NCBI GenBank assembly: GCA_964438695.1
Contig: CAYTKP010000004.1
Location: forward strand, 1-43,198
DNA: 43,198 nucleotides
Reading direction: 5' to 3'
Source of the DNA: an uncultured Atribacterota bacterium
GTDB taxonomy: Bacteria; Atribacterota; Phoenicimicrobiia; Phoenicimicrobiales; Phoenicimicrobiaceae
Positions within the stretch are counted from its first letter, which is position 1. Each line of letters starts with the position of its first letter. Positions 9,396-18,953 of this stretch are shown piece by piece. Under the pieces are notes generated by a model. The model was given only the letters and a program-made list of their open reading frames with translations. It did not search any database and was not told the DNA's origin. The translations under genes were made by a program, and so were the position numbers.

Positions 9396-11210
9396 TTAAT
9401 TTTCAACTGTAAAAGGAATTTCTAAGTATCCTTCTATAACCATATCAGTTTCAATCTTGGAAACCAGTGAATCCTTTAGTTCATCTTTCTTCTTTGAAAC
9501 ATTCTTGCTGATTACTTTTTGAGTTTTTTCTTCGGAAATTAATTTATCAGAATAAACTATTATTTCTCCAATAATTTGATTTCCTCTCGGTCTATCAGTA
9601 ATATCTTTCAAAATATCATCTAAACTTTTATAGATCTTTTTATTATTAACACTAATCTGATTTTTTTGTTGATTACCCGAATCTCCTCCGCCACTCACTA
9701 ATAATAAAGCCTCTCCCAAAGGTATATCAGAAGGTAGTTTAATAGTAAGAGTCTTTTCAATTAAATCCTGTCGAAAGGGTCTAATCCTAACTCGTGCTCT
9801 TAAATAATCTCCTGGTTTAAGAGATGATTTTTCTAAAATCACCTCTTCTATCCTACCAATTTTCTTTTTATCTTCTATTTTAACCTTAATATTTATCTGA
9901 TCCAGATTCACCGCTTCAAAATAGTTATTCATAATTAAATCTATAATTTCGGGTATTTCAGAAATGGCCTGAATAGCTATATCATTTGAACTGTAAAACA
10001 TATTTTCTCGCTTAAGATATTGCCCCTCTTTTAAGCCCCTCAATTCTATTACTATCTGACCAGTACCTTTGCCAATTCGATTTAGGGCATTATCTATTGC
10101 TTGCACCGTTATGGCAGATACCAAAGGTTCTAATAGATTAGGATCATCTATTAATTGAACACCCATTTGAAAAGATGATTTTGAACTCAAATTATCTACA
10201 TTTACCTTGAGGGGAATTATTCGGGGGAACGAACTAATTTCCCCCAGTATCCCCGCTTCTCTATCCTGGGTTACCTTTCCGACCAAATTTAAAGGAGCAC
10301 CTAACTTAAAAGGCATAACTATATTAGGCAAACTATGATAAATATATACCGAAGAAAGAAGGAAGGAAACATCTCCTTTCTTTAAAAAAGGATGCCCTAG
10401 GGCCAATATTTTATTTCCCTCTCGATAAGTTACTGTGCCAATAGAAGTAATATTAACATCACCCCGACTCAGCTGTATTCCTATTGCTGAACCAGCTTCA
10501 ATTCTTTGAAAAGAAACCTCTCCTACTTCCTGAAGGTTTATCTCCTTTAAACCATAAGGTCCCTGAACAGCTTTTAAGTTATACTTTTTTAATGAATTAC
10601 TTAGGAAGTTAAAAGATCTATCTTTGAGGCCACTTACCATAACTGAGGAAGTTGTGGGATATACCGGCTTTTTAAATGGATATTTTCCAAATAAAGAATG
10701 TTCAGTTTTAGTTTGAAAATCAAATATTTTTAGCATTTCTTGAATGGGAGTTAAAAGACAAAGGTTATGTTCACTCATTTCCCAAGCATAAGAAACAGCC
10801 CCCACTAATCTGCCATCTATATAGACCGGACTGCCACTCATCCCTTCAGATATACCACCACCTGTCTCAATTCTATCTCCACTTAAATAGGCTAGAATAA
10901 AATTATCAATTCCTTCTTCTCCTTTTATTATATCTACAATATCAACCTGAAAATTCTCTATTTTGGTTCCCCGAAAAACAGTCTTGCCTATTCCTTTCAT
11001 ACCTGGTTTTACTTCTGAAATAGACATAAACAGATTATTTGAAAAGACCGTGTGCACACTCAGACAAAATAAAACTAAGAAAACCAAAACAAACTTTATA
11101 AATAAGATTGTCAGGGGAGTAAATTCCCCTAAAACCCCTCTATGCCTTTTGTTAATTCTTTCCATTTTAGTGACACCATTCCTGCTTCTGATAAACTGGT
11201 TAGAATCCAT
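9396..11210 (-). CDS. Membrane-anchored SpoIVB-like S55 serine peptidase domain protein
   Basis: 'GMSGSPVYIDGRLVGAVSYAW' matches the S55 catalytic-Ser region. N-terminal TM segment. The start may be ATG 11165 (MERINK..) rather than 11210. Confidence 0.65.
   Translation of the reverse strand: MDSNQFIRSRNGVTKMERINKRHRGVLGEFTPLTILFIKFVLVFLVLFCLSVHTVFSNNLFMSISEVKPGMKGIGKTVFRGTKIENFQVDIVDIIKGEEGIDNFILAYLSGDRIETGGGISEGMSGSPVYIDGRLVGAVSYAWEMSEHNLCLLTPIQEMLKIFDFQTKTEHSLFGKYPFKKPVYPTTSSVMVSGLKDRSFNFLSNSLKKYNLKAVQGPYGLKEINLQEVGEVSFQRIEAGSAIGIQLSRGDVNITSIGTVTYREGNKILALGHPFLKKGDVSFLLSSVYIYHSLPNIVMPFKLGAPLNLVGKVTQDREAGILGEISSFPRIIPLKVNVDNLSSKSSFQMGVQLIDDPNLLEPLVSAITVQAIDNALNRIGKGTGQIVIELRGLKEGQYLKRENMFYSSNDIAIQAISEIPEIIDLIMNNYFEAVNLDQINIKVKIEDKKKIGRIEEVILEKSSLKPGDYLRARVRIRPFRQDLIEKTLTIKLPSDIPLGEALLLVSGGGDSGNQQKNQISVNNKKIYKSLDDILKDITDRPRGNQIIGEIIVYSDKLISEEKTQKVISKNVSKKKDELKDSLVSKIETDMVIEGYLEIPFTVEN
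11104..11140. repeat. GATTGTCAGGGGAGTAAATTCCCCT hairpin repeat, copy 1 (inside the 5' coding part of the S55 gene)
   Basis: AGGGGA/TCCCCT stem. Near-identical copy at 37901-37940 and a related copy at 36904-36933. Confidence 0.7.
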
Positions 11211-11236
11211 TCCTTATTCAAGAAAAAATTTATTTT

Positions 11237-11269
11237 AGAACATCGGATTTTTTGAAATTCTGATGTTCT
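11237..11269. repeat. ATCGGATTTTTTGAAATTC hairpin repeat, copy 1
   Basis: AGAACATCGGATTT / AAATTCTGATGTTCT arms. Related copies at 28284-28322 and 37735-37774. Confidence 0.6.
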
Positions 11270-11368
11270 AAGATAGTAATACTAACGACTATATACTATA
11301 TTAACTGGCCAAGCGGGTAACCGGTGAACTGGTTAACTAAATGCTAACAGCCATTCACCATCTACTAT

Positions 11369-12385
11369 TTACTTGTAAGTCTTTACCAGCCCGCTTTTTA
11401 TTATATGTAGGTTATCTAAAACCTTCCCTGCTCCTAATGCTACAGAGGAAATTGGATTTTCCGCTAAATAAGTAGGTATTCCGGTTACCTCGGTGAATAG
11501 TCGATCAAAATTTCTTAATAGAGCCCCGCCTCCGGTAAGGATAATTCCTTTATCAGCAATATCAGCCGCCAATTCAGGAGGAGTTTTTTCCAAAACTGCT
11601 TTAGCTCCCTCTATTATTATTTTTAATGAAGCAGAAATAGCCTTTAACACTTCATTGGAACCGAGAGAAATACTTTTGGGTAAACCAGATATCAAATCTC
11701 TCCCCCTGATTTCCGTGAATAATTCCTCTTCTAATTCCATTGCTGTACCAATTTCAATTTTTAGAGTTTCGGCAGTCTTTTCACCAATCATTAAATTATA
11801 TTTGTTTTTAATGTACTTAATAATATTTTCATCAAAATCATTACTGGCTACTCTCAATGATTCACTAACTACAATTCCGCCAAGAGAAATAACTGCTATA
11901 TCAGAAGTTCCTCCTCCAATATCAATAATCATATTACCATAAGGTTCACTGATATCTAATCCTGCTCCAATAGCTGCTGCCATTGGTTCTTCGATTAAAT
12001 AGGCTTTTCTTGCCCCCGCTTGCATAGCAGCTTCTAAAGCCGCTCTTTTCTCTACTTCGGTTCCTCCAGAGGGTACACAAATTACTACCTGTGGTCGAAA
12101 TACCTTACTATTACCACATACTTTCCTTATGAAATAACTCAGCATCTTTTCTGTTATTTCATAATCAGCAATTACTCCGCTCTTCATAGGCTGAATAGCA
12201 ATTATATTTCCTGGCGTTTTACCAATCATATTCTTCGCCTCTTCACCTACTGCCAAGACCTTTCCACTATCTTGGAAAATAGATACTACTGAAGGTTCCT
12301 GAAGCACAATCCCTTTTCCCTTCATATAAATTATGACACTTACAGTCCCTAAATCTATACCTAAGCTTCTATCCATCCCCAGCAT
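11369..12385 (-). CDS. mreB: Rod shape-determining actin homologue MreB
   Basis: 'LGIDLGT', 'DIGGGTSD' and 'GIILTGGGALL' actin-fold motifs. ATG 12385 lies 7 nt after GGGAGGAG. The ORF-track start 12412 has no RBS. Confidence 0.95.
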   Translation of the reverse strand: MLGMDRSLGIDLGTVSVIIYMKGKGIVLQEPSVVSIFQDSGKVLAVGEEAKNMIGKTPGNIIAIQPMKSGVIADYEITEKMLSYFIRKVCGNSKVFRPQVVICVPSGGTEVEKRAALEAAMQAGARKAYLIEEPMAAAIGAGLDISEPYGNMIIDIGGGTSDIAVISLGGIVVSESLRVASNDFDENIIKYIKNKYNLMIGEKTAETLKIEIGTAMELEEELFTEIRGRDLISGLPKSISLGSNEVLKAISASLKIIIEGAKAVLEKTPPELAADIADKGIILTGGGALLRNFDRLFTEVTGIPTYLAENPISSVALGAGKVLDNLHIIKSGLVKTYK

Positions 12386-12412
12386 ATTCTTTCTCCTCCC
12401 TTTTCTGGTCAT

Positions 12413-12541
12413 TGGTGAATAGTCGTTAGACGTTAGTTAAAATTTTTTTTAAAACTTATTAGTTATCTAATTATAGTTACACAATTTTTTGCTTTTATTT
12501 GATATAAACTAAATACTATTCACTAAATACTAACGACTATA
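12413..12541 (-). repeat. ~125-bp intergenic cassette, copy a (murA|mreB spacer)
   Basis: Homologous to 14998-15132, sharing runs ATAGTCGTTA, TTAGTTATCTAA, TTATAGTT and TTTTATTT. Ends 12420-12429 and 12530-12539 are perfectly complementary. Confidence 0.8.
12470..12498 (-). promoter_or_regulatory. Candidate promoter inside cassette a (TATAAT, conserved in cassette b)
   Basis: Minus-strand TATAAT at 12470-12475. The same ATAAAA hexamer lies 17 nt upstream in both cassettes (12493-12498 and 15082-15087). The -35 is a poor match. Confidence 0.3.
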
Positions 12542-13804
12542 TTATTCTTTTACTCGATAAATATCTGCTCCCAAAGAAGTTAATTTTTCCTCTAATTTCA
12601 CATATCCTCTATCTAAATGATATATTCTACTCAATTCAGTAGTTCCTTCCGCTACTAAACCAGCTAACACCAGTGCCGCCCCTCCTCTTAAATCAGAGGC
12701 CATTACGGGAGCAGCACTTAATTTTTCTACACCTTTAACGATAGCACTATGTCCTTCAATTTTAATATCCGCCCCCATTCTTATCATATCACCGGTATGA
12801 GTAAACCTATTCTCAAATACAGTTTCAGTAATAACACTGGTCCCCTTTGCTACACAAGCCAAAGCTGTAAATTGAGGCTGCATATCCGTGGGAAATCCAG
12901 GAAATGGTAAAGTTTTAATATCCACAGCATTAACTCTATTTGGTCCTATTACCCTGATTGAATTCTTATTTAATTTAACTTTCACTCCAGCCTCTTCTAA
13001 TTTCACTATTACAGGCTTTAGTAATAAAGGGTCAATTTTTTCTATTAAGATATCTCCTCCTGTTATAGCTGCTGCTATCATATATGTTCCTGCTTCTATT
13101 CGGTCAGAAATTATATTGTAATCAATTCCCTTTAATTTTTTTACCCCTTTTATGGTAATCAAGTCAGTCCCTAAACCCTCTATTTTCGCTCCCATCTTTA
13201 TTAAAAAATTTCCTAATTCAACTACTTCCGGATCCTTAGCAGCATTTTCTATCTTAGTAACTCCTTCAGCCAGAGAAGAAGCCATCATTATATTCTCGGT
13301 TGCCCCCAGGCTAGGAAAATCCAAATATATATCATCACCCTTTAATTCATTAACCTCTGCTTCAATATAGCCTTTTTCCATCTCGACCTTAGCACCCAAA
13401 ACTTCAAAACCTTTTATGTGAAAATCAACTGGACGAGCACCGATAGAGCAGCCACCTGGTAAAGATATTTTCGCTCTTTTTAAACGAGCTAAAAGTGGCC
13501 CCATAACCAAAAAAGAAGCCCTCATCTTCTTTACCAGATCATAAGGTGCTTCATAATTATTAAAACTATTGGAATCAATATGAAGTGTATCCTCTCCTCT
13601 CCATTCGACTTTAACACCTAGTCTCCTTATTACCTCAGCCATAATATCGACATCAGTAAGACGAGGGACATTTCTCAAAATACATAACTCTTTAGTTAAT
13701 AGACTAGCCGCCATAATAGATAAGGCAGAATTTTTCGCTCCCGCTATTTCAACACTGCCTTTTAACTTTTTTCCCCCACTAATAATAAATTTCTCTGAAT
13801 CCAA
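12542..13804 (-). CDS. murA: UDP-N-acetylglucosamine 1-carboxyvinyltransferase
   Basis: 'LPGGCSIGARPVD' active-site Cys loop. Full-length EPSP-synthase-fold protein. TTG start 6 nt after GGGAGG. Confidence 0.95.
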   Translation of the reverse strand: MDSEKFIISGGKKLKGSVEIAGAKNSALSIMAASLLTKELCILRNVPRLTDVDIMAEVIRRLGVKVEWRGEDTLHIDSNSFNNYEAPYDLVKKMRASFLVMGPLLARLKRAKISLPGGCSIGARPVDFHIKGFEVLGAKVEMEKGYIEAEVNELKGDDIYLDFPSLGATENIMMASSLAEGVTKIENAAKDPEVVELGNFLIKMGAKIEGLGTDLITIKGVKKLKGIDYNIISDRIEAGTYMIAAAITGGDILIEKIDPLLLKPVIVKLEEAGVKVKLNKNSIRVIGPNRVNAVDIKTLPFPGFPTDMQPQFTALACVAKGTSVITETVFENRFTHTGDMIRMGADIKIEGHSAIVKGVEKLSAAPVMASDLRGGAALVLAGLVAEGTTELSRIYHLDRGYVKLEEKLTSLGADIYRVKE

Positions 13805-13965
13805 TTTTTTCCTCCCAACTAAGCTCCTGATTTTTATTCGATAATATTGTAACTTTCTTTGCTTGTAATATACACCTGCGCCTATATGCTAAACACTATA
13901 CGCTCTACGCTACCTAATATTCTGATTTCTTTTCTTTCTCCTTTACTATCTACTATCCACTAAGA

Positions 13966-14997
13966 CTAACTAACAACTAATTTAATATTTTCTTTAAAGG
14001 GTTTCTTGATAATCCCTTTTTCAGTAATAATGGCCTCTACATAACGATTAGGAGTAAGATCAAAAGCAGGATTAAAAACCTTTACCCCTATAGGGGCTAT
14101 CTGTTTTCCTAAAATTTTAGTAACTTCCTGAGGATCTCGCTCCTCAATAGGAATTTCATCCCCTGATTCCAAAGAAGTATCTATAGTTGATAAAGGAGCA
14201 GCTACTAAAAAAGGGACAGAATTCTCTTTAGCTAATACTGATAAAGAATAAGTACCAATCTTATTGGCTATATCACCATTAAGGGCAATACGGTCCGCTC
14301 CTACTATAACTAAATTCACTTTATTTTTTAACATTAAAAAACCAGCCATATTATCTGTAATTAAGGTAAAAGGTATTCTCTCCTGCATCAATTCCCAAGC
14401 TGTAAGTCTAGCTCCTTGTAAAACAGGCCTGGTTTCATCGACATAAACGTGTATTCTCTTTCCCTCTGCAAAAGCAGCTCGAATTACACCCAAAGCTGTA
14501 CCATAATCTGCGGTGGCTAAAGCCCCAGCATTACAATGAGTTAAAATATTGTCTCCGTCTCTTATAAGTGTAGCCCCATACCTCCCGATAGTTTTATTTA
14601 TTTCCACATCTTCCTGCTCAATATTTTTTGCTTCCTGTAAAACTAAGTCTTTTAATTTAAAAAGATTCGTATCTCTCTTGATCTTTATTAACTTCATTAT
14701 CTTATCTAAAGCCCAAAATAAATTGACAGCAGTAGGGCGAGAACAGCTTAAACAGTCTCTTGCTTTTTCCATATCCTTAATAAATTTTTCATAACTCTTC
14801 GCTTTCGAAGAATTAGCCGCCAAAGCCATACCATAGGCAGCAGCTACTCCAATAGCTGGGGCACCTCTAATCTTCATCTTTCTAATCGCCTCAGCTACTT
14901 CTTGATAATTAGAACAATTAATTACTTCAAACTTTAAGGGAAGTTTTCTTTGGTCAATTAAAAAAACCTTCCCTTCTTTCCATTCTATAGTTTTCAT
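13966..14997 (-). CDS. mtnA: S-methyl-5-thioribose-1-phosphate isomerase (eIF-2B-like)
   Basis: 'RGAPAIGVAAAYG', 'THCNAGALAT' and 'VGADRIALNGDIANKIGTY'. Confidence 0.85.
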   Translation of the reverse strand: MKTIEWKEGKVFLIDQRKLPLKFEVINCSNYQEVAEAIRKMKIRGAPAIGVAAAYGMALAANSSKAKSYEKFIKDMEKARDCLSCSRPTAVNLFWALDKIMKLIKIKRDTNLFKLKDLVLQEAKNIEQEDVEINKTIGRYGATLIRDGDNILTHCNAGALATADYGTALGVIRAAFAEGKRIHVYVDETRPVLQGARLTAWELMQERIPFTLITDNMAGFLMLKNKVNLVIVGADRIALNGDIANKIGTYSLSVLAKENSVPFLVAAPLSTIDTSLESGDEIPIEERDPQEVTKILGKQIAPIGVKVFNPAFDLTPNRYVEAIITEKGIIKKPFKENIKLVVS

Positions 14998-15132
14998 CTT
15001 CCCCTCTTCCTTTATAGTCGTTAGTTAAATTCTTTGTAAAAACTTTTTAGTTATCTAAATTATAGTTGCACGGGTTTTCGTTTTTATTTAATACTATCAA
15101 GATTGTTAAGTGACTATTTATTAAATACTATT
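14998..15132 (-). repeat. ~125-bp intergenic cassette, copy b (upstream of mtnA)
   Basis: See cassette a. Minus-strand TATAAT at 15059-15064. Confidence 0.8.
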
Positions 15133-15588
15133 TTAAATAAAACTAATTACGCCTAAACTAGCTAAAGTAACCAGTATTCCGGCAATCAAAATTCCTCCTA
15201 CTATAACAGGAAAAGCATACCAAAATCTTACTCCAAAGACAAATGCGGCAACTGAACCAGTCCAAGCTCCGGTTAGCGGTAGGGGAATTGCCACGAAAAA
15301 TAATAAAAATACAGCCCCGTACTTCTCATATTTTTCTTCATGCCGGCGAGTTCTTCTAAATAGCCATTGAAAAAATTTATTAAATAAAGACCATTGGCAT
15401 AAATACTCTGAAAAAGGTTTTAAATATAATAATAAAAAAACTGCCGGTACTATATTCCCCAACACGGCAAAGATATAAGCTTGAAACACGGACATTTTAT
15501 AAATTGCTAAAGCTAAAGGGATCGCCCCTCTTAATTCAGTAAGGGGTAAAGCAGAGAGAAAAGCTACCCTTAAACCATTACTAATCAA
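15133..15588 (-). CDS. Small membrane protein of the putative small multidrug export family (COG2426-like)
   Basis: 'LTELRGAIPLA' N-terminal motif and 4 TM helices. Start overlaps the phosphorylase stop by 8 nt. Confidence 0.55.
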   Translation of the reverse strand: MISNGLRVAFLSALPLTELRGAIPLALAIYKMSVFQAYIFAVLGNIVPAVFLLLYLKPFSEYLCQWSLFNKFFQWLFRRTRRHEEKYEKYGAVFLLFFVAIPLPLTGAWTGSVAAFVFGVRFWYAFPVIVGGILIAGILVTLASLGVISFI

Positions 15589-16405
15589 TTTTCTCGATTA
15601 CCTTCTTTACTAATTTAGTCATAATTGGTTCTGTTTTAGAGGCAGCTTCCAAAATTTCTTCTACGCTAGTTTTAACTATTACTCCATCTACAGCTAAATC
15701 GGTGATACATGAAATTCCCAAGACTTTCATCCCCATATGATTGGCAACTATGACTTCTGGAACCGTAGACATCCCTACTGCATCTGCCCCAATTTTTATT
15801 AAAAATCTATACTCTGCAGGTGTTTCCAAAGTAGGGCCAGTTAAGCCTACATATATCCCTTGATGTAATTTAATTTTTTCCTCTGCTGCTACCCTTAAGG
15901 CTAACTCCATAAGCTGTCGATTGTATGCCTCAGACATATCTGGAAATCTTGGTCCCAATTCTTCGTCATTAGGACCAATTAAAGGGTTGTTGCCGAATAA
16001 ATTTATATGATCAGTGATAAGCATTAAATCTCCTCTTTTAAAGAAGCGATTCATCCCCCCTGCTGCATTCGAAATAATAATTGTATCTGCCCCCAACTTT
16101 TTCATAACCCTCACTGGAAAAGTTATTTCCTGTAAACTATAACCTTCGTAATAGTGAAACCTTCCTTGCATAGCAACTACTTCTTTATTCCCTAATTTTC
16201 CCAAAACCAGATTCCCGCTATGACTCTGAACCGTAGAAATAGGAAAATTAGGTATATCCTTATAAGGGATAATTTCTTTTTCCTCAATATCTTCAGCTAA
16301 TCCTCCCAATCCAGTTCCTAAAATAAGGGCAATCGTTGGTCTAACCTTACTCTTTCTATTAATATATTCCACACTTTCTGTAATCTCTGCTTTTAAATTT
16401 ATCAT
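15581..16405 (-). CDS. Purine nucleoside / methylthioadenosine phosphorylase (PunA/MTAP family)
   Basis: 'ISNAAGG', 'GLTGPTLETPAEYR' and 'GADAVGMSTVPEV'. Neighbour of mtnA, consistent with methionine salvage. Confidence 0.85.
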   Translation of the reverse strand: MINLKAEITESVEYINRKSKVRPTIALILGTGLGGLAEDIEEKEIIPYKDIPNFPISTVQSHSGNLVLGKLGNKEVVAMQGRFHYYEGYSLQEITFPVRVMKKLGADTIIISNAAGGMNRFFKRGDLMLITDHINLFGNNPLIGPNDEELGPRFPDMSEAYNRQLMELALRVAAEEKIKLHQGIYVGLTGPTLETPAEYRFLIKIGADAVGMSTVPEVIVANHMGMKVLGISCITDLAVDGVIVKTSVEEILEAASKTEPIMTKLVKKVIEKID

Positions 16406-16506
16406 TTCTATTATCCCTCCTAATTGATTTTACTTAACCAATTGCCTAGTTTACCAGTCTACCGGTCAATAGGGCAGGTAGCCCACCATTGCTTCCTTCA
16501 ACCAAC

Positions 16507-17409
16507 TTATGTTCGCGGAAACGCTCTATAATATTCCTCTTTAATCCACTTTCTGCTTACATGAGTATAAATCTGGGTAGTAGAAATATCTGAATGCCCT
16601 AACATTTCCTGAACCGATCTTAAATCAGCCCCATTTTCCAATAGATGAGTAGCTAAAGTATGTCTTAAGGTATGGGGAGTAACTTTTTTATTCAGCCCTG
16701 CTTTCTTTGCATATTGTTTTATTAAATAAAAAACCCCCTGTCGTGAAAGCTTTTTCCCTCTATTATTTAGGAATAAAGTTGCCTCTTTAGGGTCTTTAAC
16801 TAATTTTCCTCTAACTTTTCTAAGGTATAAAATTAAAGACTGATTAGCTTCCTTCCCAAAAGGAATTATTCGTTCCTTAGAACCTTTTCCTAAACATCTT
16901 AACATCTGGTTTTCCACATTTATATCATTAATCCTCAAGTTGATCAATTCTGATACTCTCATTCCGGTAGCATAAAGTAATTCCAGAATTGCCTTATCTC
17001 TTTGCCCTAAATCTCCCTGAAAATTGCTATCAGCCAATAAAATATTTATCTCTCTTAGACTTAAAATTTGTGGAAGTCTTTTACTTACTCGAGGAAATTC
17101 AATTAAACTACTAATATCTTCCTTAATAAAACTTTCCACTAACATAAAACGATAAAATACTTTTATAGCAACTAAATTTCTGGAAATCGAATTAATTTCT
17201 AAGCCATCTCTTTTTAGATAAGCAAAATAATTATTAATTAATTCTTTACTAGTATGATTAAAAGATCTTATCTTATTTTCTTTTAAAAAATTAATATATT
17301 TAATTAGATCATATCTATACGCAATTATGGTATTTTTTGCTAGCCCTCTTTCCACAAGCAAATAATCCAAAAAATACTCTAAAATCTCTTCTAATTTTTT
17401 TTTATTCAT
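16507..17409 (-). CDS. xerD: Tyrosine recombinase XerC/XerD
   Basis: 'ATGMRVSEL' and 'HTLRHTLATHLLENGADLRSVQEMLGHSDISTTQIYTHV'. The start is set at ATG 17409 (MNKKKLEEILEYF) because the longer ORF runs through the palindrome at 17425-17459. Confidence 0.85.
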   Translation of the reverse strand: MNKKKLEEILEYFLDYLLVERGLAKNTIIAYRYDLIKYINFLKENKIRSFNHTSKELINNYFAYLKRDGLEINSISRNLVAIKVFYRFMLVESFIKEDISSLIEFPRVSKRLPQILSLREINILLADSNFQGDLGQRDKAILELLYATGMRVSELINLRINDINVENQMLRCLGKGSKERIIPFGKEANQSLILYLRKVRGKLVKDPKEATLFLNNRGKKLSRQGVFYLIKQYAKKAGLNKKVTPHTLRHTLATHLLENGADLRSVQEMLGHSDISTTQIYTHVSRKWIKEEYYRAFPRT

Positions 17410-17424
17410 TTTACCAATAAATTT

Positions 17425-17459
17425 ATGTAAAAAAAGGTGCCAGGCACTTTTTTTTACAT
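17425..17459. repeat. Palindromic element A (ATGTAAAAAAAGGTGCC-A-GGCACTTTTTTTTACAT)
   Basis: Inverted repeat read directly from the sequence. It ends 1 nt before the stop codon (17460-17462) of the DUF3048 gene. Confidence 0.9.
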
Positions 17460-18953
17460 TTAATACTCTATAACCAAATTTGAAGGGACAATTTGGATCC
17501 AGATGTTCCCTGGAGTACAAGCTATCCTATTCCCTTCTTTATCTAAAAATACTGTTCTTGTCTTTAAATCTTGTTTTTTCCATATAATCTCTTGAGAGCC
17601 ACCTTTAAAGAAGATTAAACCTCTCCCTTCGCCCAGAAAATCCATTGCTAATCTTCCTTCTTCATCAATAACTTTGGTGTCCACAAATTGAATAATAATA
17701 TTATCTACTGATAATTGTTCTTTGGTCTTAGCATCTATATGGGGCTCATTATTTATAAATCTTAGATATTTCATAGATTCAGGTTGATACTTATAGCTAA
17801 CTACATAAAGTCTATTATAAGGAATCACTATAGAGTCAACCGATTTGCCAGTTAACTTCTCATCATTATCGGTTTCAAATTGATAATTTTCCTTTTTTAT
17901 CATTTCAATATAACCTAATTTATTAGCTTCTTTCCTTAATTCGATAGTTGAGGTATATAAATTATGGGGTGGTTTCCGATCTTTAGACCTCCAAAAGGGT
18001 TGAAAATCTACAAATTCATTTATATCATCAATTTTCTCTGCTTTTATAAAACTATAAGCCTCTTCGCTTCCTCCTGCATGGACATAGATAGACTGATGCT
18101 CTAAAGACTTGCTAATAAAATAAGGGCGAGCACTTCTTACCGGTCCGACTACTTCTGCCTCCTTATCATAATAAACCGCTAAAAACCTAGTTATTCCTCC
18201 TTCAGCTAATATTTCATAAACAATATTAGCTTTATCTAAACCTGTTTGAGGGCGAGCTCCTTCTGAATTCTCTACCATAATAGAAATTGGCCGACTCCCA
18301 AATGGTGACTCTTTCTCCTTTGTCTCTGGGAGAGTAGTAATTTTTCCGGGATTAACTACTGTCCCATAAGTAGCTTCAATATTTTCTTCCCCTTCTTCTC
18401 CTAAATCAACCTTGATCTGGGATTCTCCTGGTTCTAAGATCTCCCCTTTTATCTCTTTTCTGCTAGCTATAGCCTGCTTGAAATATTCACTGGAAATACT
18501 TATATCCTTACCTAAAGATTCATTAGTTTGCGACGGAGGCGCTTCTAATTGAGGCTTAGATTCAATTTGAGGAGTTTTAACTTCTACTTTAGGTATGCCT
18601 TCAGTTAATTCTTCTCGTTTAACCACTTTAGTCTCTGTTTTTTCTTCCTTTAATTTAGGTGGTTCAGGTAAAACTGGTTTGACCTTTGGTTGAACCTTTA
18701 ATTGAGCAATAGGCTTCTTTTCCGCAATTTCTGGTTTTTTAGTCTCTGGTTGTTTGGGAGCAGGTAGTTCTATTAAACTCACCAAAGTAAGTTCTTCTTC
18801 GGGTAAAGGTTTTTTAAAATCAAAGGAAATCATACTTCCAAAAGCGTATAATAATATGATATTAATTACAATAGAAATTATAAATGACCTTCCTAAAAAA
18901 CTTTTTTTAACCTGCTTTAGACGTTTTGCTCGATAATTATATCTGGGCATCAT
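17460..18953 (-). CDS. Membrane-anchored Pro/Lys/Glu-rich (TolA/TonB-like) protein with C-terminal DUF3048 domain
   Basis: One N-terminal TM helix, then a 'KPEIAEKKPIAQLKVQPKVKPVLPEPPKLKEE' spacer. 'MVENSEGARPQTGLDKANIVYEILAEGGITRF' resembles DUF3048 (YerB-like). Confidence 0.6.
   Translation of the reverse strand: MMPRYNYRAKRLKQVKKSFLGRSFIISIVINIILLYAFGSMISFDFKKPLPEEELTLVSLIELPAPKQPETKKPEIAEKKPIAQLKVQPKVKPVLPEPPKLKEEKTETKVVKREELTEGIPKVEVKTPQIESKPQLEAPPSQTNESLGKDISISSEYFKQAIASRKEIKGEILEPGESQIKVDLGEEGEENIEATYGTVVNPGKITTLPETKEKESPFGSRPISIMVENSEGARPQTGLDKANIVYEILAEGGITRFLAVYYDKEAEVVGPVRSARPYFISKSLEHQSIYVHAGGSEEAYSFIKAEKIDDINEFVDFQPFWRSKDRKPPHNLYTSTIELRKEANKLGYIEMIKKENYQFETDNDEKLTGKSVDSIVIPYNRLYVVSYKYQPESMKYLRFINNEPHIDAKTKEQLSVDNIIIQFVDTKVIDEEGRLAMDFLGEGRGLIFFKGGSQEIIWKKQDLKTRTVFLDKEGNRIACTPGNIWIQIVPSNLVIEY

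Noticed and set aside
16507-17520. A tyrosine recombinase as a sign of an integrated mobile element.
   Set aside because: The sequence has the housekeeping XerC/XerD C-terminal signature. There is no flanking tRNA, att-like direct repeat, excisionase, or phage or plasmid cargo. The neighbours are core genes.
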